Below are positions 47,015 to 61,789 of a stretch of DNA of 64,000 nucleotides, in pieces (the stretch's first letter is position 1; the number at the start of each line of letters is the position of its first letter). The stretch is from Camelus ferus. Its lineage: Eukaryota. The notes below the pieces were generated by a model. That model saw nothing but the letters and a program-made list of their open reading frames with translations. It did no database searches and had not been told where the DNA came from. The stretch covers positions 2,730,001 to 2,794,000 of the forward strand of contig NC_045697.1 in the NCBI RefSeq assembly GCF_009834535.1. Direction: 5' to 3'. Position numbers and translations under genes: made by a program.

Positions 47015-49990
47015 TTTTAAAAATTTAACTGCTTTATTGAAATATAACTCATCACACAGTTTACCCATCTGAAGTGTATGGTTCAGTGGTTTTCAGATAC
47101 TCACAGAGTTGTGCAGTAATACCGCTGCTTAACCCCAGGGCATTTTCATCAGTCCAGGAGGAAGCTTAGACCCATTAGGAGTCACTTCTCATCACCCCGC
47201 AAACCCAGCTCCTGGCAGCTGCTAATCTACTTTCTATCTCTAGTTTACCCTTTCTGATCATTTCACTTAAACGGCATCATGTACCATGTGACCAAAAAGT
47301 CTGACTTCTTTCACTCGGCATGGTGTTTGCAAGGTTCCTCTACAGTGTAGCACAAGCCAGTAGTTTATTCCTTTCTGTGGCCAATCATATTTCCCTGTGT
47401 GGAGAGACTACATTTTGCTGATGGACATACGGGCGGTTTCTACTTCGGGTTGTAAATAATGCTACTGTGAACATCCTTATACAAACTTTTGTGCAGATAT
47501 TTTTTTTCATTTCTCTTGGATTTATACCTAGGAGCAGAATTGCTGGGTCATGTGGTAACTGTATTTACGCTTTTGAAGAATTACCAGACTTTTCCAAAGT
47601 CACTGCACCATTTTACATTCCCACCAGTAACGTATAAGGGTTCCAGTTGCCCCACATCCTTATCAAAGCTTGTTATTAATTATCTTCACGATCATGGCCA
47701 TCCTAGTGGATGGGAAGTCGTATCTTACTCTGGTTTTGATTTGCATTTCCCTGATGGCTAATGATGTTGAGAATCTTTTTGGGTGCTTATTGGCCCTTGT
47801 ATATCTTTGGAGAAATGTCTATTTGAACCTTTTAAATCAGGTTATTTGGCTTTATTGTTGGGTGTTAAGATTCTTCATGCAGTTTGGGCACAAGGCCCTT
47901 ATCAATATATGATTTGCAGATATCTTCCCTCACCCTCTGGGTTTTTTCACTGTCTTGATGGTGTTCTTTGCTGAAAATTTTTTTAATTTTGATGAAGTCC
48001 AGTGTATTGATTATTTTTCTTCTGTTGCTTTTGCTTTTGAGATCATCTCTAAGAAGGCTTTGCCTAGCGTAAGATTTTACAGATTTTTCCCTTATTTTCT
48101 TCTAGGAGTTTTATAGTTGTAGCTCTTACGTTTAGATCTGCAATTCATTCTGAGTTAATTTTTGTGAATGTGTGTGGAAAGAGTTCACCTGCATTCCTCT
48201 GCACATGGGTATTCAGTTGCGCCGGCACCAACAGAAAGGACTGTTTTTCTCCCACGGATTATCTTGGCACCCCTCTCAGAAAGCTTTGACCCTACACGTG
48301 ATGGCTGGTTGCTGGACTCTTAATCCTATTCCACTGATCTAAGTATGTCTGTCTTTATGCCAATACCACTGTGTCTTCATTGTTGTCATTTTGTAGCAAG
48401 TTTTGAAATAGAGAAGTGTGAATCCTCCAACTTTGTTCTTTTTCAAAGTGGTTTTGTCTATTCTGAGTTTCTTGAATTTCTGTATGACTTTTAGGGTCAG
48501 CTTTTTAATTCCCTCAAAAAAAAAAAATCCAGCTGGAACCTTGACTGGGATAACATGGGGTCTGTAGATGTGTTGGGAAATACTGGCATTTTAACAATAC
48601 TGCGTCTCCCAAGCCATGAACAAAGGATTGTCTTTCCATTTATTTAGGTCTTAGCTTTCTTTCAAAAATGTTGTATAGTTGTCAGAGTATAAGTTTTCCA
48701 CTTCTTTTGTCGAATTTATTTCTAAGTAATTTATTATTTTTGATGCTGTTGCCAATGGAATTGTTTTCTTAATTTCACTTTTGAGTTGTTCATGGGTGAT
48801 GTAGAGCAGTCAGTTGAGTTTTGCATACTGATCTTGTACCCCACAAACTGGCTGAACTGATTTATTAATTCTACCAGTTTTTTAGTGGACTTACTCAGAA
48901 TTTCTATATGCAAAATCATAGTGTCTGTGAATAGAGATAGGATGCCGATCAGAATAACTTTTATTTAATTTCTTTCCCAGCTGACTGGCTGGGACCTCCA
49001 GCAGTGTTGAAGAGAAGAGACAGACATCCTTGTCTTGTTCCTGATCTCAGGGGCACTGCATTCAGTCTTTCGTACTTAAGTACAATGATAACTATGGAGT
49101 TTTTGTAGATGCCTTTTACTGGGTCAGTTTTATTAAACTATTTCTCGTTTGTTGAGTTTTTATCATGAAAGGGTGTCTGATTTTGACAAATGCTTTTCTG
49201 CATCTGTTGGTATGATCATGTGCTTTTTTGTCCTTTATTCCGTGAATTGATTTTCAAATGTTGAATCGACCTTACATTCCTAGGATAAATCTCAGTTGGT
49301 CCTGGCGTAGAATCTTTCTTGTACGTTGCTGGATTCACTCAGCAAGATTTGCTGAGAATTTTCTGTATGTGTTCACAAGAGATGTTGGTCTGTAGTTTTC
49401 TTGTGATGTCTTTGGTTTTGATTTCAAGGTAAAACTGGCTTAATGGAAACATTTATGGATGTGTTCCTTCCTCTTCTTTTTCTTGGAAGAGTTTGTAGAT
49501 TACTGATGTCTTTAAATATTTGGTAGAATTCACAGCTGAAGCCGCCTGCTTTCCTTTGTGGGTAGCTGACTGATCTCAATGTCATTACTCACTGTAGATC
49601 TCTTCACATCTTCTGTTTCTTCATGAGTCAGTTTTGGTAGCTTGTTTCTTTCCAGGCATTTGTCCGTTTCATGGAGATTTCCTGATTTGCTGGTGTGCCG
49701 TGGTTGATAATATTCCCTTAGAATCCTTGTTATTTCTTTAAGGTCGGTAGTAATAGTCCCTTTTTGGTTCTTGATGTTAGTAATTTGCCTTTTCCCTCTT
49801 TTTTTTTTATAACTGGGTCAATCTAGCTAAAAGTTCCCAATTTTGTCAGTCTTTTTCAAAGAGCCAACTTTGGTTTTTGTTGATTGTCTCTTTTCTGCTC
49901 CATGCTTTTTGCTCTGACCTTTTAGCTTCTTCCTTCTGCTTGGCTCTTGGTTTAGTCCGTGCTTCTTTCTTAGTGTCTTTAAAGTGGTGC
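47015..49990 (-). mobile_element. Old LINE-1 (L1MB-like) 3' end and ORF2
   Basis: Antisense L1 3' terminus (gctttattgaaatataactc) and ORF2 peptide MILHIEILSKSTKKLVELINQFSQFVGYKISMQNS. Confidence 0.88.
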
Positions 49991-51067
49991 TTTGAGGAGC
50001 TTGCCCTGAGGTCAGACACTGCTGGGTTCAGGTCTCTTCTCTGCCACTCCTCGGTGGTGGGCGCTCTAGGAAGACAGCGAGCCTCTCTGAGCTTGGGCTC
50101 TCGCATCTTTCAGGAGGGATGGCACGATTGGCTCACGATTCGGGGGCTGAAATAAACTGCAGTCTGTCGAGGGCGTGGCCCCTGACACATAAGCTGACGC
50201 CCGGTCGTGCCCTCTCACACAGAACACAAAAATGCTTCACCATGAAAGAGACCACTTCTCCATGGTGTGTCAGCAGCCCTGACCCATTGTACTCAGAGCC
50301 TGGCATCCTGTTCTAACAATCAACTAGAAGGATTTAAAGGTTCTGTGGGCCTTAAAGGGTTCAGCTGGGGCCATGCCCAGGACTCTGCTCTCCTGGTGTC
50401 CCTCCAGGTCTGCATTCTCGAGCCTCTCCCGTCCACGCCTCCACTGGCCCAGGCACTGTACAAAAGAGCTAGTCTGCTCAGAAAATCCCAGAATGATCCT
50501 TTGGGCAAGAGAGCTGGGTTGCTCTTTAGTGGGAAGCCAGATGCCCCTACACCAAGTGGAGTCACACACGGGGTCTGTGGCCGACATCCCCCATCCAGAC
50601 CTGCTCAAGGGGACTCTGGGGGGGCCAGAGCAGACCGGTGAGCAGACTCTTGGGTGAGGCTCCCTGGGCAGTGGGCCTGGCTGGCCCCAAGTGAAGAGGA
50701 GCGTGTCCTCAGGCCAGGCTGGAGCACACAGAGCCCTGGACTCTTCCCCAGTGGCCCGGGCTCACTGCGGCCTGTATTCCTTGGAGCTTCCCAGCACCGG
50801 CTGCGTGACTGCCCTGTGCTCTCGCCCAGGCCCTGGGCACCTCTGTTCAGGAGTGAAAACATGCACGCTCGCCCCACCGTCCCGTCCTGGGAAGGGGGAC
50901 GGTAGCTCTTGGGTGGTAATTCCCTCCGACTGTCCCTTCGCAGTCAGAGCCTATCGGTTTCTTGGTCTCTTCTTTGCACCATGCTGCGCTTCTGCCGTGG
51001 CCCCAGAGGGTGTGACTGGGCGGCACGCACAGACTCAGAGCGTGTCTCTGCAGGTGGACGTGGAGCG

Positions 51068-51211
51068 ATGGCGCCCCCCGAGGAAGGGAGCGATGTCCTG
51101 GTGCTGCCAGACCCGCCCCGGGGACCCCTGCACGCGGCCCGTGCCCGCGCCTCCTTCTGCTGGAAGGAGCTGGCGCTGTTCTTGGAGGGTGAGGATGTGC
51201 TGCGTTTCAAG
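51068..51211 (+). CDS. ACOX3: ACOX3 first coding exon ([10 protein letters not shown]...EDVLRFK); exon starts at 51054 with 14 nt of 5'UTR
   Basis: tctctgcag| acceptor at 51053, GCGATGG start, AAG|gtgagg donor, 144 nt. Confidence 0.94.
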
Positions 51212-54200
51212 GTGAGGCCGGGACTGGGCGGTGCTGCCCATGGGGACCCCTGCGGGCGGGGTCTGGGGGGGCGTCTTGTGGATCTACAAAAAGGTGGGGT
51301 GAGTCCTAGGCCTGCCCAGGCCTTTCTCCTTTTCAGCCTCTGGACGGTGCCGGGGAATTGTTGGGAGCTCTGGATGGATGAACACGGATGGATTAGACCT
51401 CCCACGCCTCAGGGCCCTCTGCTCTCTACTGTGTTAGCGGATAGAGAGAAGCCCAGATTAGAAACCCCACAGAGAGTGTGGGCCCTTCCCTGCTGGTTGA
51501 GAAAGAATTCTCAGCAGAGGCCAAGGAGCAAAGTGGAAGGCTGCTTTATTGCTCAGAAGAGGAAAAGACACTTAAGTCGGGGAGCTGTCAGCCCAGGCAG
51601 CTGGGTATAAGCACTCCCGCTCTCGGGGTCCCGCTGGGTCCATTTATCCGTCTTCTCTGGCTGTTTGTCTCCCTCCATCAGGCTCCTCTTTTCCTACTTG
51701 CTTTCCAGTTTGTTCTGCTCTGTGGAACAAACACTCCGCAAAAACAAGATCAGGTAATGAGGACCCAGGTTAGGTGAGCCGGCAAGACCCTGGAACAATG
51801 TGGTCACAGAGACTAGGTCCGGTCAGGGCTTCCTGCTCCCCCAGTGGGGCTGCTCCCATTACTCACTTGCTCTCTGAGGTCAGTTAGAAGTTACTTTTAA
51901 ACTTTACAGGCGTCTCTGAATAGTAGGTCCAGGTTTCAATTCCCTGGTTCCCTGCCTCCCTCTCTGGGATGGACTTTCATCTCTGTCCCTGTATCTCTGC
52001 ATTAGCCTGTGTGTCCGAGGTAGCCGGTGGCCTTGAGAAAACTGTGTAAGCAAGAGCGTAGTGAGAGCCCATCCTTTGCCTCCAAATTAGCCCTTCCCCG
52101 CCTCCTGCATTCCCAGAACGCTGTCTTCTCGGCTCTGGAGAGCGACCCCCTCTTCGCGCATCCCCGTGGAAGTGATCTCTCGGTGGAGAAGTACCAGGAG
52201 CTGAACTTCCTGCGCTGCAAGCGGATCTTCGAATATGACTTCCTCCCCATGGAGGACGTGCTGGGAAGCCCCTGGAGGATCCGGGTGCTGGTTGAGTGCC
52301 TCGGCATGTACGACTGGTCCCTGGCCACCAAATTCTTCCTGCACCTCCTGGTGAGTCAGCGCCTGGGAGAGAAGTGTGGGCCCTCACTGTCCCCGAGCCA
52401 CGAGGCCGAGACAGTGTCTGTCCAGGGACCAGAACAACCAGGATACCAAACACACTCAGCCTGTGAGATGCAGACGGTTTCCTCTGTGGTTGGGATGTTG
52501 TCAGCATTTCCATGCTTCTAAAGTTTTGGGAGATTTACACATTTGGGTGATGTTTGTTTAAAGAGATTTCTAAAAAACTATAGGAAACAAAAGCAGAGGT
52601 AAGGCCGAGTGGGCAGACCTTGTGACTCTTAGTGGAAGTCCAGGTCTTCCCAGCTCTGGATGCACATTCGCACACATAAGTCCTTATGCCCCAGAAAAGA
52701 AAGCGAGGTGCGGGCTGGGTATAGCTTAAGTGGCAGAGCACTTGCTGAGCATGCACAAGGTCCTGGGTTCAATCCCCAGGACCTCCTCTAAAAATAAATC
52801 AATGAATAAACTTAATTACCTCCCCCCTACAAAATTTTAAAAAATAAAAGTAAAAAAATAAAGACAAAAAAAAAAAAAAAGAAAGGAAATTAGGGCCAAG
52901 GTGAGGCCTGTGTTCCCGCCCTCTGACACGCAGGGGGACGGCCTTGTCCTGGTGCCGTCTGAGGGAGAGGTGGGCTCTCTGCCCTTCCTGCACCTCACCC
53001 CCAACCCCACCCCCATCTCCTTGCTGTTCATGGATCCACTCGGTTCTGTTTAACTCACATAAACTGCTTGGGACGAGGACCCAGGTCTTGCCACTCCGTA
53101 AGCTCCAGGCCAGGCGGCCGTGTCTCAGGAGACGCCGGGCCTTGGGCACCAGCGCTCTTAGGTAGCCCCTCGGAATCCGAGTTCCTCGCCCGTGTGGGGC
53201 GACGACGCTGAGGAGCCACCGCGGGGCGGGCGTGGAGCGCACAGCTGCGGGGAGTCACAGGACAGCACTTACTGACTTCCGCCTGTTTTCGTGGTGGCAT
53301 TTTATTTCCAGACTTTTGGATCCACGATTTACAGCTCTGGTTCTGAAAGGCATTTCAAATATATCCCAAAGATCTTCAGTTTGGAGGTAAGCTGGTGAGT
53401 CATGGCTTCCTGTTCTGTCACCTCCTTAGAGATGCGTGGAAAGGGCAGTTTGCAGAAGAGGGGCCCCAAGAGAGATGCTCTGGGTATTTTGTGTTCTGAG
53501 GGTTCTCGCCAGATAGCCAGAGCTGTCCTTTACTCAACCAGGGTATGCCAAAGTTCCCAGCGGGGTAGAAATTTATCTTTTTCTTAATTTTTTTTTCAAA
53601 TGGGCATTTATTTTTTTTTTCTGTTTTTCTTTTTTTTAATGGAGGTGCTGGGGACTGAACCCAAGACCTTGTGCATACTGAGCATGCGCTCTAACTGAGT
53701 TGTGCCCTCCCCCATCCCGCTGCGCCCCTCACTTTTTCCTTTTTTTTTTTTGTCTTTTTTTTAAAATACATATTTTTATTGAAGTATGATCAGTTTACAA
53801 TATTGCGTCAGTTTCTGGCGTACAGCACGATACTTCAGTCATACGTGAACATTCATGTGTTCGTTTTCATATTCTTTTTCACCATGTTACTACAAGATAT
53901 TGAATATGGCTCCCTTGCTGCCCTTCGCTTTTTCTTATCAAAACTTAGATCTGCGGTTTCCTTCTGCTGCCTGGGAGCTGTCCTTGCCGCGGTGCTGACT
54001 CGGCGGGGCCGCTGTCCGCGTGTCCAGCCTGCCGCTCTCACAGCTGGGAGGCGCGGCGCCCAGTGCGGCAGAGTGGCTCAGTGAGATCGGGGCCTTTGAG
54101 CTGCGGTGTCGGCGGCAGAGGAAGGATGGTGGCAGATCCCCCCAGGAAGGTGCAGAAGGAGCCTTTCTCGCCTCATGGCATTTTGTGCTTCCACGTTAGA

Positions 54201-57200
54201 TTTTCGGCTGTTTTGCTCTGACCGAATTGAGTCACGGGAGTAACACCAAGGCCATCCGGACGACTGCTCACTACGACCCTACTACTGAGGTAGGTGGTCC
54301 CCTCCCATCCATCCAGTCTTGGGGCCTCAAGGCCTCAAGCGTATGAAACACAGCATTGTCAGGAGTGAAGAGTAATGAGACCAAGAAGCTCGTCTATTCG
54401 TGTGTATCCCTGTGAGGTGCACACAGGGATGTGTCACCCGGAGCTCAGCAGAGAAAGGGCAGAAGCCACTCCCACCTGGAAATCTCTCCTGGTTTGGATT
54501 TGTGTGGCATTTGAATGCGGTGAAGACACTATGTATCATTTTGTAACATTTGTTTCTTGGTTTACCAGGCAGCCTGTTGGCCTTGGGTTTGTAAACAGTT
54601 CCAGTTGCTCATGCTTTATAAAATGAACAGACTAGAGAAGGTTCCCTTTCTAGCTGCCTGTCTGCGTCCCCTGCCTGCGGCCAGGCTCTCTGGGCCAGCT
54701 GCCCGCCTTCTTTTCCCTGCCCGCCACGGCCTGGGCCACACAATATTCGGTCCGTCCTTACTCTTTGCCTCAGAGGTTTTGAGCAGAGAAAATCGAGTGT
54801 ATCAAAGAGGTAGAGACGTTCCGTGTGTGCTCCAGTCTCTAACTGTAACTGTAACTTCTTTCCCTTGTGCAGGAGTTCATCCTACACTCCCCTGATTTCG
54901 AAGCTGCCAAGTTCTGGGTCGGCAACATGGGCAAGACCGCTACGCACACTGTGCTCTTCGCTCAGCTGTACACACCGGGGGGCCAGTGCCACGGGCTGCA
55001 CCCCTTTGTCGTGCAGGTAGGGGCTGGGTGTACCCCAAGTCTGGAGACATTTTCATCGCAGCTCGGGGCAGTGCTGCTTCTGGCTTCTAGGGATACAGAC
55101 CAGGGATACGGTTAAACGCCCCATAGTGCCCAGGACGGCCCCCCACACACCCTGGAAAAATTATCAGCCCCAAATGTCAGGGCTGCCACCGTTGAGAACC
55201 TCTGAAGCGCTGGCCGAGGATCATCTGGGAGAGACTCTCCGTCCTCCTAGAGGTCACGCTGGCATCGCACGGACACCCGGCACAGACCCCAGCTCCCAGC
55301 CCACCACCCACCCCTGCTCACCCCGGGCTCTGGCAGCAGGCCCGAGGGGCTCCAGGAGTTCTGATGTGAAGTTGACTTGGGGCTCTTCCTAGGTCACAAG
55401 TGGAGTTTTGGCCAGCAGAGGGGCCTGGGGCGGGCGGCCAGCCCATCTCCTGCCTGCCTGAGGCTGTTGCGGCCTCTCCGGGCCCGGAGCTGCAGAAGCT
55501 CATCCAGGACCCTTTCTCTGGGCGGGCTGGGTGCTGAAGGGAACCACTTTCCCCCACCCCCAGACTCATTCCGACATCCTTAGTCTCCAGGACTTTTTGG
55601 ATGGGGGAGGGAGCTCTCAGGAGAGAAGAAAATCCATCATTTTTTTAAAATTGAGGTGAAATTCATGTAACGTACAGTTAACCATTTTAAAGGAACAATG
55701 GAGTGGCTTTCAGTGCATTCATGGTGTTGTGCAGCCAGCCCCTTCAAAGTGTTTCATCTCTAGAAGACGCTCGCCCCCCCGACTCAGCACCAACTCCCCT
55801 CCCCCGCCCCCCACCCCAGCCCTGGCAGCCCCTGGTCTCCTCTGTGGATCTGCCTCTCTGGGACGCTTTGTCTAAAAAGGATCACGTGTTCTGTGAGCTT
55901 TGGTGTCCGGCTTCTTTCCCTCCACCTGCTTTCTTTGTTTTGTTTTGTTTTTATTGAAGTATAGTTGGTTTGCAGTGCTGTGTTTACTTCTGATGTACAG
56001 CACAGTGATTCAGTTGTACTTGTATGTACGTTCCTTTTTATGTTCTTTTTCATTATAGGTTATTACAAGCTTTTGAATAGAGTCCCCGTGCTGTACAGTA
56101 GGACCTTGCTGTGTATCTGTGTTGTACATAGAGTTAGTATCTGCAAATCCTGAACTCCCAGTTTATCCCTCTCCCTTCCTTCCCGCTCTGGTAACCACAA
56201 GTTTGTTTTCTGTGTCTGTGAGTCTGTTTCTGTTTTGTAAATAAGTTCGTTTGTGTCCTTTTTTAAGATTCCACGTATGTGACATCGTATGGTATTTTTC
56301 TTTCTCTTTCTGACTGACTTCACTTAGTGTGATGATCTCCTGGTCCATCCGTGTTGTTGCAGGTGGCATTATTTCATTCTCTTCTGGCTGAGTAGTGTTC
56401 CATTGTGTAAATATACCATAGCTGCTTTACACACGTCTTTGAGGTTCATCCCCGTTGCAGCCTGTGCCAGGACCCCCTTCCTTTCTAAGGCTGAACGGTC
56501 GATCTGCTGCATGGAGGGACCGTGGTGTGTGTACCCGTTTGTCCTTTGATGGACGCTGGGTGGTTTCTCATCTTTTGGCTCCGGGGAATGTCGTCGCTGT
56601 GAACGTTCAAGAGCGGGGTCTGCTTGGACACCTGTTTTCAGTTCTCTGGGGCACGAACCCAGGACCGAGGTTGCAGGGTCATGATGGCGACTCTGTGTTG
56701 GGCTTGTTAAAGCCCTATATAGTTCCCACCGTGTTACCTCCCCACCAGCGATGCTGAGGGCTCCAGTTCCGTCACATCCCCACCGACCCGTGTTATTTTT
56801 CTTTTCTTTTCCTTTTTTCCATAACCGCCCTAGTGTGTGTGAAGAAGTTATCTGGTTGTGGTTTTGATTTGCATTTTCTTTTTTCTTTTTCAAATGGAGG
56901 CACTGGGGACTGAACCCAGGACCTCGCGCATGCTAAGCACGCGCTCTACCGCTGAGCTGTGCCCTTCCCCTCTCTGTGTCTTTTAGGTGTGTATATTTGT
57001 TGGAAACTCATTTTGGGGAGCAGAGATTTACAAAAATAATCTTACACTGTTTCCCCACAGCACGTATGTGCACAGCCATCTTGTCTTTTCATTAAAATCC
57101 AGCAGAGAGTCCCGTATCTAGAACATAAATATGAAACACCTAGCGTCCTCCAGGCAGCATGTACTGCTCAGCCTCTACATCAGTGTCCTGGGGCCACCAT

Positions 57201-60200
57201 GACCAAATAACACTGCGAACTAGGGGCCCAGAACAACAGAGACTGAGCGTCTCACAGACTGGAGCCAAGAGGCTGGATCAAGACGTGAGAAAGGCCACGC
57301 TCTCCCTGGAGGCTCCAGGGGACGGTCCTCCCAGCCCCCTCCGGCTTCAGCGGGGGGCACCAGCTGTTCCTGGGCTGTGGCTGCCTCTCTCCCATCTCTG
57401 TCCCCGTCTTCAGGTGGCCTCCCTCTCTCCATGTCATCGCCTCCTTTTAGAGGACACTGGTCCATGGGTCTGGGGCCCACCTGGGTGGTCCAGGGCGAGC
57501 TCGTCTCCAGATCCTTCATTCCCTCTGCGGTGGAGCCTCCTCCTAATAAGGTCGCGTTTCCGGAGGACACTTGAACCCACTGCAGCTACGCAGAGGGAGC
57601 CTGTGTCTCAGTCACTGGGGTTTTTGAGCGTGTTCATTCTGATTTTTGTGTGGTCGTGACAGTCGCTGTTTCTGTGGTTTGTACAGATTCGAGACCCAAA
57701 GACCCTTCTTCCCATGCCAGGGGTGATGGTTGGCAACATTGGGAAGAAGCTCGGGCAGAACGGCCTGGACAACGGGTGAGTGTGCACCTTGGACTTGGTG
57801 GTCCGTCCTCGGGGGGCGTTCCTTGAGGATGTGTGTTCGGTGTATTTCTACCTGTCACCTCACCGGTCCCTCCATACTGCCTCTTGCCTTCCTGGACCCC
57901 CGCGGAGGCAAGCAGAACACGGTGGGGACATGCCTCACCTCCGTGCCATGGAGGGCCATGGCCACTTGAACCGCAACTGCAGGAGGTGTGAATGGCCCCG
58001 AGCGCGAGACAAGCAGTTTTCTCCCCAGCAGGCGGCCTCTCCAGCCCTCAACCCAGGCCCAGGCCAGACACTAGCGGCCCTGGGGCTTCAGCCCATGGCC
58101 TGGGGCTTTGCCTCCCTCCCCCGGAGCTTGGGCATCCAGCGCGGTTCCATGGTGATTTTGAGGGCAGAGCAGTGTTCTGGGCAGAGGTGGCAGTGTGGTC
58201 CTGAGATGAGACTCCGGGGTGGGGGCGCTGTGAGGCCCTGCAGCGTGCTGGGAGGAGGGCAGGGACCGCGTCATGGAGAACCTGTGGTCTCACTGCAGAT
58301 TCCTGGGATTATTAATGGCATGAGTTTTGGAATCAGCCAGATTTGGATTCAAATCCTTGGTCCACCTCTGACTCTTTGTGTTCACCCGGCCTGTCCCCTT
58401 GTCTGTGAGGAGAACCGTAGGCCCTGTGCCGGGCCCTTGTGTGGTTCCCGGCTGGGGACCAAGGACGTGGTCTTCCCGGCCGTTTGCTGCCTGTCGGTGC
58501 TTCCTCATCCGTGCAGTGGGACTCACACTCCGTCTCCTGGGAAGCCTGGCCAAGAGGGCTCCCTGCTCCCCCGAGATGCTTACTAACAGGGGGAAAGCAA
58601 AGCCGGGGGTTCCTTAGTCATGTAGCTCACACTGTCCCAGGATTTTTTACGTACCTACTTCTTCATGCACAGCAGCGACATGCACAGGCAGAGGGTCCTG
58701 CCTCACGTAGTGAGCCTCTGCTCATCTGGTCTTCGGAGGGTGAATCGGGGGCAGGTGATCTCTGAAGCTGAAGCTGGGCCAGGGGGTCCTCCGCCACCTG
58801 AGCGCGGAGAAACCTCTCAGCTGCTACCCCCACCCCTGCAAGGAGTCCGGGCGCTGGGGGCCCAGAGAGTGTCTCAAATCTCTGCTTGGACCCTTAGAAC
58901 AGGCGCGCCCTAGCCTGTGCCAGAGAGGGCTGGGAACCATCAGTTTTCACTCTGTGTAGCTGGAGGAGAGAGCGGAAGGGTGTTGTTAAAAAGCAAAATC
59001 AAACACACACACGCAGAGCCTGCCCACAGGCACCCGTCTTAGGATTCTGAGCTCCTCTCTCGCTGACTTGTGAGAAGAGCCTGTGAGTGAAGGCTGGAGC
59101 CCGCCGTCAATTCCCTTCCATCACTGTGGGGGCGGGCCAGGTGGCCTTTGGTCCTCAGGGCAGGAGACGCTCCGGAGCCCCTCCGAGCAAGGCAGCCGCC
59201 CGACTCGGTGTTTTGAGGAGGCGTCCCGGCCGTGTGCAGGTTGGGGGACGCCCTGCCTCACACTGGACTCTGACAACTGGTGTCTGTTAGAGCTGCGTCC
59301 CAGGGTCAGAAATACGTGTACGGTGATTCCATCGGTGGACAGGTCACTGCTGTCCAGTGGACTGGCGTCGGGTGCAGTCACAGATCTCCAGTCCCTGCGT
59401 ATTTGGTTTGACAAGTTAGATTCTTGAACACGGTCCTGGGACATCAGTGAAAAGCTCCCCACTTAGTTCCCTCAGCTCAGCTTCTGTCCCTCGAGACTGA
59501 ATGCTTGTGTCTTACCCAATGGTCCCGAGGAGCGCTGAGCAGAGCCACCCACAGTCACACCAGCGTAGCCAAGACTCCCCTAAACACATGCATTGCACGT
59601 CGTGGTGAACAGGGCTCGGAAACTCCGAAGTGCCAGCTTGGTGCCACCAGGGGGCGGCATGGGGACCACCTCCCCCTGCCCAGGCCATCTAAGAAAGGCT
59701 CCCCAAACCCAAGGTCACCCAACCTACGGGGCAGACAGGGTGTTGAAGCAGCCATGCTCCATCCCTGAGCCTCTGAAGGTCCCATGGTGCCCGAGTTGCC
59801 CGCCTGGCCCCTCGTCCCGGCCGGCCTTGGTGTGCATGTCCAGCAGGGGGCTTCAGGGACACAGGAGACCCTGGGGCTCACTCTGCCTGCTGCTCGAGGG
59901 GCAGTGTTGTGATTTAGTGACTGTTGTCCTGAGATCGTTTATTTTGAAAAAAGTGGTAACAATCTGTTGGTTAGCTTTAGTCACTTGACGAAAATTCCCA
60001 AGGAGGTGGGAAATCAGAGGCAGACAAATTGCTTGGGTGACTTTTACCAAATAACTCTAGCTTCAGAACGGTGGGGACCCCTCAGGAGAGCCAGTGAGCC
60101 ACAGCTTCCAGGAGGCGGGAGCATGTCCAGTGCCCCCTGGGCCCCAGGTGGGGTGCGACCACAGCGGGGTCTCGAGGAGCAAGGAGGACGTGGGGTGGGG

Positions 60201-61789
60201 GCCCAGGCATGAGGTCTGGGAGCCCCACCAGCCCCACCGTGTCGCTCACTCTCCACGTCACATGCACACACTCCCCATGTTTTCTGGGGACACTGGGAGT
60301 CTGGCTTGCAGGCTGGCCCACAGTCTGGCCACCATTTGACTGTCTCTGGAGCAGCTCCTGCCACATAGAAGTGCTCAAAACAGAACGTGTGAAGTCTTGA
60401 TTTCTGTTAAACTGAAGCAAATCCTCTCTGAAGTATAAACACACTGACTTGTGTCACCTCTGGGGGGCAGAGGAGGGCGAAGAGAGCACTCTGAGTTCTC
60501 AGGCTCACACTTGGAAGAGCGTCCCTTGGCTTGCAAGTAGCGAGCTGCACCCCGCCAGGGGCATCGGCGCCGGGGCCGGGCGTCCTTGGAAAGTGGGCCT
60601 CAGAACATGGGCCTTCCGGGCCGGTCAGAGTGGCCCCAGAAAGGCTGTGATGCAGCGGCTCACCCCAGGCAGTGCCTTCAGGGTCTCGACGGGGCCTGCT
60701 GGGAGCTGGAGTGCGGCTGGCCTGCATTTCACACGTAGGAGGGAAACCCACAGACGTTGGCTCCTCACCTGGACACCGGCTGGGGCCTAGTGGCCTCGTG
60801 CAGAAATCCTAGTCGCTTGTGAAGGAACGTGGGAGGGGCCCCCCGACCGGCTGCGTCCAGCCCAGGGCTCTGCCCTTCCACTCTTGCGCTGGAAGGTGCT
60901 GCTCTGTCACCCTCCAAGGCTGTCCCAGGACTCGGGGTTTGGTGGAGGTGACCCCAGCGCCCCAAGGATGATGTCTCACCCTCAGTTGCTTCATTCCATG
61001 ACCCTTCTGAAGTGTCCAGTAGGTTCCAGGCATGTGGCCCCATTATGACAGGGTGAGAAGACCCCTTGGAACTGTCACCAACAAGCAGGTGGCTCAGCGA
61101 GCAGCGTGGACGACGGGCAGTCGCTGCAGAGTGAGACCACCTGGTACTCACTGCAGGGCGTGGAGGAGAATCACGGCGGGCTTCCTGGAGGCGGTAGCCG
61201 CACTCTGAGGGCTGCCTGCCTGGAGGTCAGGAGAGGGCCTGGCCGGCTTGAAGGTCACGAGCAGATTGACCCAGCCACGGGCTGCGAGGAGTGAGGTGTT
61301 GATGGGGCAGCAGGCAGGGGTCCCGTCAGAGGGCTCTCCGCATCTCTCTGGGTTTAGATCCTACAGGTCCTAGGGGTCCAACGATCTCATGCTGGACGTG
61401 ACATTCCAAGCTGGAGTTTAGAGACGCCTCTGCTCCCCCGTGCAGGACAGGCGGTGACTCTGGATGGTGACTCGGGTGCCGGGCACAGGCTTGGAGCAGA
61501 GTGGGAGCAGCGTGGGAGGGAGGGGGCTGGAGAGCTGCCCCCCTTCTCTGCAGGGCGCTGCCATTTTCCCAAAGCTGTTCCTGTGGGTCGTGAAAGAATG
61601 TTCTGTGTGACACTGACAATGCTTAGTGGTCAGGATAAGGTGCTGCGGGGGCTGTTGATGTTTTGAGGTGGTTTGGGTTTTTGGCACAAGCTATGCCCCT
61701 CCGGTTACCTGGCATAACCTTATCCCCTAGGCTTTTGTGAGGGAGAGATTTAAAACCTCAGTTTGACCTGATTTTGCCACACCGTGTTA

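Noticed and set aside
57780..58586. 268-aa ORF in an ACOX3 intron
   Set aside because: Runs through a MIR-like fragment, has a non-ATG start and no homology I recognise.
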